The notes under the pieces: generated by a model
The model's input: the letters and a program-made list of their open reading frames with translations, nothing else
The model's database searches: none
What the model was told of the DNA's origin: nothing
In this document: piece after piece, positions 54,136-64,000 of the stretch
Position numbering within the stretch: position 1 is the stretch's first letter
Layout: each line of letters starts with the position of its first letter
From: Octopus sinensis
Lineage: Eukaryota
Assembly: GCF_006345805.1 (NCBI RefSeq)
Contig: NC_042997.1
Coordinates: 61,380,001 to 61,444,000, forward strand
Direction: 5' to 3'
DNA length: 64,000 nt
Program-made: the position numbers and the translations under genes

Positions 54136-55021
54136 ATAAGATCAAATACCAGGTTAAAAATACTTTTATTTATTTGAAATTTGCAAGTTTTATGGATTTT
54201 TCAGGTGAAAGGGCCAGTGCTCAAAACCTTTTCTAACCCTTCCTAGACTACTGAGTGAGACTTATGCAGTTGATTTTCAGTTTGAATATCAGTAGGTTGA
54301 TATCAGAAGAAAATTCCAGAGGGAGTGTTTCTGAAGGGGAAGAATGAGAATAAGTATTTAGTGTAGGGACCAAGGAGGTGAAATATTGTAGAAGTGACAA
54401 ATTGTAAAAACAAAAGAGTATTTATGGAAGCTAGATATATGAATTATATTATAATAGTAAATCTTATAGAACAATTCTGGCTGCATATATAACAAGTGTA
54501 GTAGACTATGTTGGAAAAATTGTTATGTAAAAGTTACGTTTTGTCATACTGTTGTCAGAAGTTTTCTAAAACTGTCATGATAAGGAGGAAGGGAAAATAT
54601 TTTCTTTACTCACTTTTGTGAAATATCAAACACATCTTCAAAATTAAATACCAACTTTATAAAATGTCAAAAATCATTGGAATTCACACTGAAATCATCA
54701 TTAGTGTCATATTGTAAAGGAAACGTCTCTTCTTGTTTCTTAACAATTTTTGATCTGGTGCTGGTAATTGCAATGTTTGCTAACGCTCTTTACTGTATTG
54801 CACTTTGGTTGGTATTTTATGCTTCTTTTTTGAAGAAAATGACTTTTTGATAAGAGATTGATATATTTTGTAGACAAGTTTATTTGCTCCTACAGGCCAG
54901 ATTCAGTGAGTGGTTTTCTGAAGTTTCTTTGGTGTAAAATAAGGAAAATGCCAATAAATGCATGTTGCCTGAAATATAATACATTATGCAGTTTTATGAA
55001 TTACTACTAATCATAATTATA

Positions 55022-55064
<43 letters not shown>

Positions 55065-55167
55065 CATACTATATACAACTATGTATATTATTATATAACA
55101 ATATTTATTTTGTTATATGTATTTGTGCACACACAATACACGTGTGTTTTGTGTGTGTTGGTATATA

Positions 55168-55548
55168 TTCTTTTATTCTTTCATTTGTTTCCGTCATTTG
55201 ACTGCGTCCATACTGGAGCACCACCTTTTAGTAGAACAAATCGATTCCACGACTTATTCTTTGTAAGCCTAGTACTTATTCTATCAGTCTCTTTTGTCAA
55301 ACCTCTAAGTTACAGGGATGTAAACACACCAGCATCGGTTGTCAAGCAGGGGTGGGGGACAAACACAAACACACACACACATATGAGGGGCTTCTTTCAG
55401 TTTCTGTCTACCAAATGCACTCACAAGGCTTTGGTCAGCCCTAGGCTATAGTAGAAGACACTTGCCCAAGTTGCCACGCAGTCAGACTGAATCCGAAACG
55501 ATGTGGTTGGTAAGCAAGCTACTTACCACACAGCCACCACTCCTGTGC
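55168..55548 (-). mobile_element. Same SINE family, near full length; its head abuts the HHR array
   Basis: Reverse-complement match to 46089-46540. Confidence 0.8.
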
Positions 55549-55721
55549 CTATCTATCTATATATATATATTAATTTATATATAGAGGGCATTATACATAC
55601 ATGCCAGATGGCATTATACATACATGCCACACGCTAAGAGGGACAATTAGTCATTTCTACCAAAAATATTACTAATCCCACCGAATGCAATTTTTCAAAG
55701 TAAGACATTTTAAAAAATATA

Positions 55722-55767
55722 GACCTGTATCACAGTGATTTCATACTTACGTATTCATCAGCAGGCC
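55722..55767 (-). ncRNA. Type I hammerhead ribozyme (array copy 1)
   Basis: Minus strand GGCCUG-CUGAUGA-AUAC(GUAA)GUAU-GAA-AUCAC(U)GUGAU-A/CAGGUC: stem I 6 bp, complete core, stem II with GNRA loop, palindromic stem III, AUA cleavage triplet. Predicted cut between 55728 and 55727. Confidence 0.88.
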
Positions 55768-56198
55768 TGGGTGTATCATACATAAACGACCCTGCCTCGC
55801 TTAAGCCGATCAGCTAACTGATCAACATCAACGAAGCACATGGGTGAGTTTACATATATTACATCCTGTAAATGTCAGACTTTTTTCGAATTGCATTTCG
55901 GGAAAGGAAAAGTTTTTTCGGAATAAAAATTTAGCAATTAAGGACAACTACTTAATAAGGAAAACTTAACAAGAAATTGTCAGGTAGATAGCGTGAAAAC
56001 CTCATAAGAGAAAAAATTTCGAAAATAATTATTTCTTATTGAACATATTAATTTATATATAGAGGGCATTATACATACATGCCAGAAGGCATTATACATA
56101 CATGCCACACGCTAAGAGGGACAATTAGTCATTTCTACCAAAATATTACTAATCCCACCGAATGCAATTTTTCAAAGTAAGACATTTTAAAAAATATA

Positions 56199-56244
56199 GA
56201 CCTGTATCACAGTGATTTCATACTTACGTATTCATCAGCAGGCC
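56199..56244 (-). ncRNA. Type I hammerhead ribozyme (array copy 2)
   Basis: Same 46-nt motif as copy 1; cleavage site 477 nt from copy 1. Confidence 0.88.
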
Positions 56245-56673
56245 TGGGTTATCATACATAAACGACCCTGCCTCGCTTAAGCCGATCAGCTAACTGATCA
56301 ACATCAACGAAGCACATGGGTGAGTTTACATATATTACATCCTGTAAATGTCAGACTTTTTTCGAATTGCATTTCGGGAAAGGAAAAGTTTTTTCGGAAT
56401 AAAAATTTAGCAATTAAGGACAACTACTTAATAAGGAAAACTTAACAAGAAATTGTCAGGTAGATAGCGTGAAAACCTCATAAGAGAAAAAATTTCGAAA
56501 ATAATTATTTCTTATTGAACATATTAATTTATATATAGAGGGCATTATACATACATGCCAGAAGGCATTATACATACATGCCACACGCTAAGAGGGACAA
56601 TTAGTCATTCTACCAAAATATTACTAATCCCACCAAATGCAATTTTTCAAAGTAAGACATTTTAAAAAATATA

Positions 56674-56719
56674 GACCTGTATCACAGTGATTTCATACTT
56701 ACGTATTCATCAGCAGGCC
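56674..56719 (-). ncRNA. Type I hammerhead ribozyme (array copy 3)
   Basis: Same 46-nt motif; cleavage site 475 nt from copy 2. Confidence 0.88.
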
Positions 56720-56737
56720 TGGTGTATGATACACCCA

Positions 56738-56781
56738 GCCTGCTGATGAATACGTAAGTATGAAATCACTGTGATACAGGT
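56738..56781 (+). ncRNA. Type I hammerhead ribozyme (inverted-arm copy)
   Basis: GCCTG CTGATGA(56743-49) ATAC GTAA GTAT GAA(56762-64) ATCAC T GTGAT A / CAGGT. Stem I is 5 bp here; predicted cut 56776/56777. Confidence 0.85.
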
Positions 56782-57049
56782 CTATATTTTTAAAATGTCT
56801 TACTTTGAAAAATTGCATTTGGTGGGATTAGTAATATTTTTGGTAGAAATGACTAATTGTCCCTCTTAGCGTGTGGCATGTATGTATAATGCCATCTGGC
56901 ATGTATGTATAATGCCCTCTATATATAAATTAATATGTCAATAAGAAATAATTATTTTCGAAATTTTTTCTCTTATGAGGTTTTCACGCTATCTACCTGA
57001 CAATTTCTTGTTAAGTTTTCCTTATTAAGTAGTTGTCCTTAATTGCTAA

Positions 57050-57092
<43 letters not shown>

Positions 57093-57627
57093 TGTGTATG
57101 GAGTGGGAAACTGCTTGATAGTGCAAAATTGTCCTGAATAGAGAAGATGGGAATGATGGAAAGTAAGAACTGTAACAGGTGATACAGGTGATGAGGCTCT
57201 GTTGGATTCTAAACCCATCCAACTCATACAAATGGTAAATAAACTTAAAATGATAGTTTCTTCAAGACCTCTTCTTGTTAGAGTTAATCATCTGTCTGCA
57301 TTTTATCAGTATTTTTCCCAAAATGCATGCCTGGACAAAAATGTTTTTGTTATGGAAGATCAGCAGTTGTCCATTGGACAAATTTTTTTCTTCATCATGT
57401 CACTAATGTTGTCCAAGGGAAAGGAAAAGACAGTTACAGCTAGGTACCAGTGTTGCCACACACTTACTCAGAACATAAAGATCTTGTACAAATGCCATAG
57501 AACATTTTATCCAACACTCTAATAACTGTGACAGTCCACCTCTCCAGACTGGTACTGTATTTAATCAAACTCAAAAAGATAAAAGATCCCAGCAGTATTT
57601 GAATCCAGGTTGGAATGAACATGGACA

Positions 57628-57667
<40 letters not shown>

Positions 57668-59402
57668 CACACACACACACACACAATATTTTCTATTGCC
57701 TTTCCCGGATGGAATTATATTTTTAGTTAATGAAGCAAAGGTTTTAATAATCAATGATTTGGAGACAACAAACAAGATTGTTCAGAAAACAAAATTCATT
57801 ATTTTCTTAAATGCACAATTCTTTGATTGAACTACACCATACAAATATAAAACAATGATAAATCTTACTATTTTACTCATGTAGACTATTGTTAATTTTA
57901 CTCTCTTTGAAGGAAGCTTTTTTGCTTTTATTCAATAAAGAACATATATTCATCTGTAATTATCATTAATGAATAATATCACAAGAGATGCCACATGCCT
58001 GACATCATAGCCATACAGATGTGTTATTCTACCACAGCTGATCTCTCTGGTTGGAATTAGGTTTGTTATTTTGAAGGCAATTATAAAACTTTTATTTGAA
58101 TTTGCAGGTGTAGCTGTGTAGTAAGCAGTTCACTTCCCAACCACATGGTTTCAGGTTCAGTCCCACTGTGTATCATCTTGGGCAAATGTTTTCTACTATA
58201 GTACCATACCAGCCTAAACCTTGTGAGTGAATTTGGTCAGCAGAAACTGAAAGAAGCCCATTGTATGTGTATAAATGTATGTGTTTATATATATACATAT
58301 ATTTATATAATGTAATTGGCTAGACTATTGGATCACTGGTCACAGTGCACTTTGCATCATTATAGCTTTTGAATGAGGCCACCCCACTGGCTAGCTAAGC
58401 AGGTTAACATTTTGATTGAAAGGCTGTTCCATTGCAGAGTTACCCATTTATATCTGGGTGAACTGGAGCAACATGAAATAAAGTGTTTTGCTCAAGAGCC
58501 TGGGAATTGAACTCACTATCTAGGAATTATGAGTGCAACACTCTAACTACTTGGCCACGTTCCTTCACAAACATACATATTCGTATTGGAGTAGATGTGT
58601 GTTACCATCTCCTTGCTTTGAAGTTGCATGACAGTTGTAAGCAAGTGTCACCATCATGCAAGAGTCTCCTTTGTTTCCAGACTTCTGCAAAACATGTCTG
58701 ATCATGGGAAAATATTACCTTATTTGGAAACAGGTCACAGTTGGCAATAAGAAGGACATCTGGCCTTAGAAAATCGGTCTCAACAAATTCCATCTGACCT
58801 ATGTAAGCATGGAAGAGTGGATATTAAAATGATGATGCTGATGATGATGATGATGAAACTCATCTAATCAGTGAAATTGTAACAGTGAAATGATAGATTT
58901 AATTCATATGGTGATATCTTTATAGAATCCACTCTCTCTTGATGAAATAATTCCTCTTCAAATTATTAGAAACATGAGAACCAGTGATAGAAGAGACAAT
59001 ATTGAAAATTAAGACAAGACTAATACAACAGATGTAAATCAAATGCTGTAAAGCAGAGGTTAGGAAACAAAAGGAAGTGTAGAATTGGACAGTTGATTGT
59101 TACAAGTACTTGAATATAAAATTAGATGTGTGAAAGAACATATTGATGTATTCAGACTTTGAACTTGTGAAGTTTATGTTGATGTATTTTTGTACTGGTT
59201 TCAGTCATTTTAACTGTGACCATGGTGGGTCACCATCTACAAAGGTTTAGGTGAGTGGTCATGTTGACTGCAGTACATATTTTCTTCTGGTATTTATTTT
59301 ATAGATCTTTTTCATTATATTTTTAAACCTTAAGTCATAAACAACACTTTTTTTTTAGACTGGTTGAAACATAATCTCAAATGCAGATACACACATGCAT
59401 AT

Positions 59403-59450
<48 letters not shown>

Positions 59451-61224
59451 TGTTATATGTGTGTGTGTATGTATGTATACGTATACATACACACACACAC
59501 ACACACACACACATAACAGGTTTCTGCAGTTTCTACCTACTAAATTCCACTCACAAGTCACTGGTTAATGTAAGTCTGTATTAGAAAGCACCTGCTGAAG
59601 GTGCTGTATAGGTAGAAATAAAATTGAATTGAATTTGAAGCTTTAAAGTTGAAGTAGTTTGTTGTTTAGCATCAGTTCAGTCCTGACCAAACTGACCTAT
59701 AGTCAACGACATTCCAGCCATGACTATCTTGGAAAGTTAGTTGCTGTTTCTTATAGAGTGAGTGAGGCTTTCTCATTTGATCATAAAAATTAATGCTGTT
59801 GTGATTGCTTGGCTTTATTCATTGAGCTGTGAAATTATAAAACAAGTATATTCTATTAAAATATTTATAATGTTTATGATAGTTCAGTTAAATCATTTGT
59901 GTCGAAATTATTTTTTTAAATTGCAGTGGTTGGAAATTATATCTTCTGCAATGACTGTTTACTAGGAATTTTAACTATGGCTATTGAAAGGAAACTACTT
60001 GTGCAAACAAGAACGAATATTTTACTGCAAAATTATGTAATATTCAGCTTCACTTTTACAAGATGCAACTTAAAGATGCATAGCATAATTGCATCCCTTA
60101 TCTCAGTGCAACTGCCTCGTTGCCTGGCCATTAAAGGTTTTATTAAATCATGTTGCATGTTTTTATAGTATTATTTTGAGATTGGTTCACTGGATACCAG
60201 TTTATTATTGAAAATTTCACTGTAAGGTTTTACTGTGCAGAAGAAGATCAATAATTGTCCTCTTGATGTGTGTGATTCAGGTTAAAATACTCATTAAGTG
60301 TTTTATGTTCATTCCTTTATAATGTAAATTATGCCTGAGATGGTGATACTTCAAACTGATTGGGGACATGTCATAATAACATGTTCTGTCTCTGTTTGAT
60401 ATTTGTATGTTGTTGAACAGCTGTTATTGATAAGATCTGTACAACAGTATAGTGAAATGTGTCTGTTTATAATTACACATGCAAATACATATGTGAAAAG
60501 ATGCGTGGCCTTCATGAATTCATACTCCTTATTGACAATGGCAAGAAATGGAATGTAGTTCAATTTTGTATTGAATTGAAACAAGTTTTGAATCTCATCT
60601 GTTGCAATTTAGTTGATGAATAAAATGAAGGATGTTAATCTATATTAAATGTAACTACTTTTTCTGATAATAATCAATTAGTATTTGCGGATTTCATTTT
60701 CTTTATCTTAGGCAAATACTGTTTAAATACTCAGCATTTGAAAATAACTTGATTCAAATTTAAAATTAATGGATTTTTCTGAAGATCTATCAAGGTCAGG
60801 CTTTGTCTAAATGTAATAACCTACTTCTCACTGATTTTGTCAATGAGATTCTTCTCTAGGATCCTCTTCAAATATTTCCACTTCAAATCCCAAAGTGGAT
60901 ATAGATCTTAACCTTAATGCAAACAGTTGCTTTTGCCTTGCATTTTATAAAATCATTCCACTCTATATTCTTTTAATTCATTTGCTTTTATTCATCTTCT
61001 TTCTTCATATTGCTAAACGAGGATAAATCCTTGTTTGTGTGTGTGTGCGCGTGTGCATGTGTGGTGTGTGTGTGTGTGTGTATTACATATTTAAATAATG
61101 TATATTTGAGTGAATCCATGGCTTATAGAGATTACTTACATTGATATTGACTGTTTTTCTTCATAGATAATCTTATTAAGCTTAGATAACACTTTTAGAT
61201 GTTGGTATCTAGTTTTTTGGCGCA

Positions 61225-61480
61225 TATATATATATATATATATATATTTATAATATATTATATATATATATTTATAATATATTATATTATATATATATAT
61301 TATTATATATTATATATATATAATTATATATAAATATATATTATATATATATAATTATATATAAATATATATTATATAATTATATATAAGTATATATATA
61401 TTTATATATAATTATATATAAATATATTATATAATTATATATAAGTATATATATATTGTATATAAATCTATATATAATAT
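61225..61480. repeat. Almost pure A/T cryptic minisatellite
   Basis: ~255 bp of atatatattatata/ataattatatataa variants. Confidence 0.9.
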
Positions 61481-61481
61481 A

Positions 61482-61975
61482 TCAATATCTATAAAGCTGA
61501 AATGCGAAAAATTTGTTTGTCTCATTTTGGGATGGGAATGGTTTAAAGGGTGGTAGATGGGGTCTGATTGGTTCCAAAATTTATAGGGACATGTAAAAGG
61601 AGGCGAGGAAGCGACTGGACTAAGTTAGAAACCCCTATCTCAAAAGCTGTGGTTACTAGGGCAACAAAACCCAGACTTTGACAAGTGTTTGTCATTTCTC
61701 CCTTTCGGATATCACCCTGTCTTCCTTGATCTCTCTCTTTCCTTCCTTCCCCCCAATTTCTCTCTATAACAACGTTTGACACCTTCCACTCTTATTCCCT
61801 CCCTGCCTTTGTCGTCTCTCTCTGTCACTCTTTCTCCCTCTACCTCTCTCACTGTACATCTGGCTGTATCTATAGAGAGAAAGTGTTGACAGCCACAAAA
61901 GTTTAAATATTCCTACCACAGGTCTTTTAGAACAGTGAATTATTATCGCCCACCACCACCACCACACAACCATAA
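61482..61975 (+). mobile_element. Related Helitron-like 5' portion (3' end not seen)
   Basis: Shares its first ~100 bp with the 62089 copy (tcaatatctataaagctgaaatgcgaa...ttgtctcattttgggat.ggaatggtttaa.ggg.ggtagatggggtc.gattgg..ccaaaattta), then diverges. Confidence 0.5.
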
Positions 61976-62088
61976 CAGATATTATTAATCAGATATATTG
62001 TGTTAATTTATATATATGTGTGTGTATACAAATATATATAATGTGTATACATATATATATGTGTATATATATATATAAATATAAATCA

Positions 62089-62742
62089 TCAATATCTATA
62101 AAGCTGAAATGCGAATAAGTTGTTTGATTTCTTGGTTATTTGTCTCATTTTGGGATAGGAATGGTTTAAGGGGCGGTAGATGGGGTCGGATTGGCGCCAA
62201 AATTTACACTGGGGGTAAAATGGGGGGAGCAATGGTGTGAGGAGTCTTGCAAGTCACTTGGGGTTACCGTTTGGTTGCCATGGTGAGGAATATGGGAAAA
62301 ATCGAGTTTTATGGGATGAACAGGTTGCACTGTTTGAATAATGTTGGCTTTCCATGTTGCTGCAGGGGCTAGAGGCGGTTATCTTTAATTGTGGGTGTAA
62401 AAATTTGGGGGATTTGGAAAGGGGAGTAAAATTTTTCCACTTTTAAAAAGAGTACATTTTTGCCCTATTTTTAGATTTTGCATTATTTGGTTGACATGGG
62501 TAAAAATAGCATTGTGTTAAAGGCTCAAATTTCACAAAATTTTAAGTAATTTTGAATTATTTTTGTGATTTTACGTGCATACGTAAGAGAAAGCGAGGGA
62601 GAGTCTGAGAGAAAGGAAGAGTAAGAGAGTGGGAAAGTGAGAGAGAAAGGAGAGAGATACAAAGAGGAAGAATGTGGCGATAAGAAACAGAAAGTAACAA
62701 CCACACCCTCACCCACGCATAGAGCGGGTTACCTTAAGCTAG
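62089..62742 (+). mobile_element. Non-autonomous Helitron-like element
   Basis: 5' A|TC start (TCAATATCTATAAAGCTGAAATGCG), 3' hairpin acccacgc-atag-agcgggt (62711-62729), then CTAG|T at 62739-62743. Confidence 0.65.
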
Positions 62743-62946
62743 TATATATCAATATATATTATATATATATTAACTTACAACCTGTCATTCATATTCATTT
62801 TTTAAGCGTTGATTCGTAACCCTAAATCCCGTTTCTCTATTATTTGTTTCGCCATCTTGTATGCATGGCTTCCTGTCTGTCATGCATTTTAAATTCCTCC
62901 TTAATTTCAGTGTCATCCCGTTGTTATTCCATCCCCAGAATTCACT

Positions 62947-64000
62947 ACAATATTCTCCCTCTCTCCTATTTATATTATGTTTTAATCGAACCCCGAAGTT
63001 TCTAGATGTTCAGTAATTTCTGTCGCAGAAAATTCCCTACGTATTAACTTAAAACCTGTTGTTCAAAGATACCCTAAATTCCCTACGAAATATTTCTCTC
63101 TCTCTTATTTATATTACATTCTTCTCGAACCCCGAAGTTTCTAGATGTTCAGTAATTTCTGTCGCAGAAAATTCCCTACGTATTAACTTAAAACCTGTTG
63201 TTCAAAGATACCCTAAATTCCCTACGAAATATTTTCTCTCTCTCTTATTTATATTACATTCTTCTCGAACCCCGAAGTTTCTAGATGTTCAGTAATTTCT
63301 GTCGCAGAAAATTCCCTACGTATTAACTTAAACCTGTTGTTCAAAGATACCCTAAATTCCCTACGAAATATTTTCTCTCTCTCTTATTTATATTACATTC
63401 TTCTCGAACCCCGAAGTTCTAGATGTTCAGTAATTTCTGTCGCAGAAAATTCCACGTATTAACTTAAAACCTGTTGTTCAAAGATACCCTAAATTCCCTA
63501 CGAAATATTTTCTCTCTCTTTTTATATTACGTTCTTCTCGAACCCCGAAGTTTCTAGATGTTCAGTAATTTCTGTCGCAGAAAATTCCCTACGTATTAAC
63601 TTAAAACCTGTTGTTCAAAGATACCCTAAATTCCCTACGAAATATTTTCTCTCTCTCTTATTTATATTACGTTCTCCTCGAACCCCGAAGTTTCTAGATG
63701 TTCAGTAATTTCTGTCGCAGAAAATTCCCTACGTATTAACTTAAAACCTGTTGTTCAAAGATACCCTAAATTCCCTACGAAATATTTTCTCTCTCTCTTA
63801 TTTATTACGTTCTCCTCGAACCCCGAAGTTTCTAGATGTTCAGTAATTCTGTCGCAGAAAATTCCCTACGTATTAACTTAAAACCTGTTGTTCAAAGATA
63901 CCCTAAATTCCCTACGAAATATTTTCTCTCTCTCTTATTTATATTACGTTCTCCTCGAACCCCGAAGTTTCTAGATGTTCAGTAATTTCTGTCGCAGAAA
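62947..64000. repeat. ~140-bp satellite, at least 7.5 units, running off the window end
   Basis: cgaacccc anchors at 62987, 63126, 63266, 63405, 63539, 63679, 63817 and 63956. Confidence 0.97.

Larger units (their letters stand above)
55567..57050. repeat. ~477-bp tandem repeat (2.4 direct units plus a ~320-bp inverted arm) carrying hammerhead ribozymes; retrozyme-like
   Basis: Units start at 55567, 56045 and 56521 and are near-identical. The sequence folds back at 56728, and 56729-57050 mirrors ~56405-56727. Flanked by (TA)n. No ORF >=60 aa in the track. Confidence 0.95.

Noticed and set aside
57202-57522. 106-aa ORF as a gene
   Set aside because: No recognisable domain or splice context; possibly a decayed LINE 3' end, but motifs are too weak to call.
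62947-64000. Regular repeats as a CRISPR array or ribozyme array
   Set aside because: Whole units are near-identical with no unique spacers, the context is eukaryotic, and I found no CUGANGA core on either strand.

Overview
AT-rich, microsatellite-dense eukaryotic DNA whose SINE/MITE content resembles octopus (coleoid cephalopod) genomes; this is an inference from repeat families I recall, not a database result. I can support one host coding exon: 48983-49106 (+), the GTQLK...FKPK N-lobe of a FAM20B-like Golgi kinase. Most of the window is therefore probably intron or flank. The rest is transposon debris: two Tc1 and two mariner elements, a hAT transposase end, a Gypsy internal remnant, an ORF1/gag-only retroelement, RTE LINE pieces, piggyBac/hAT/mariner MITEs, Helitron-like elements, many SINEs and a ~140-bp satellite. 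The standout is a set of type I hammerhead ribozyme (HHR) repeats. A young ~477-bp tandem array (55567-57050) has three intact HHR cores on the minus strand and a fourth on the plus strand after a fold-back, which is retrozyme-like. An older ~323-bp HHR dimer (31.5-32.0 kb) has a 47-bp micro-inversion through its second ribozyme. There are also decayed Penelope-type minimal HHRs (39.7 and 51 kb) and a solo candidate (18.9 kb). TE and SINE boundaries are approximate unless TIRs or TSDs are cited.
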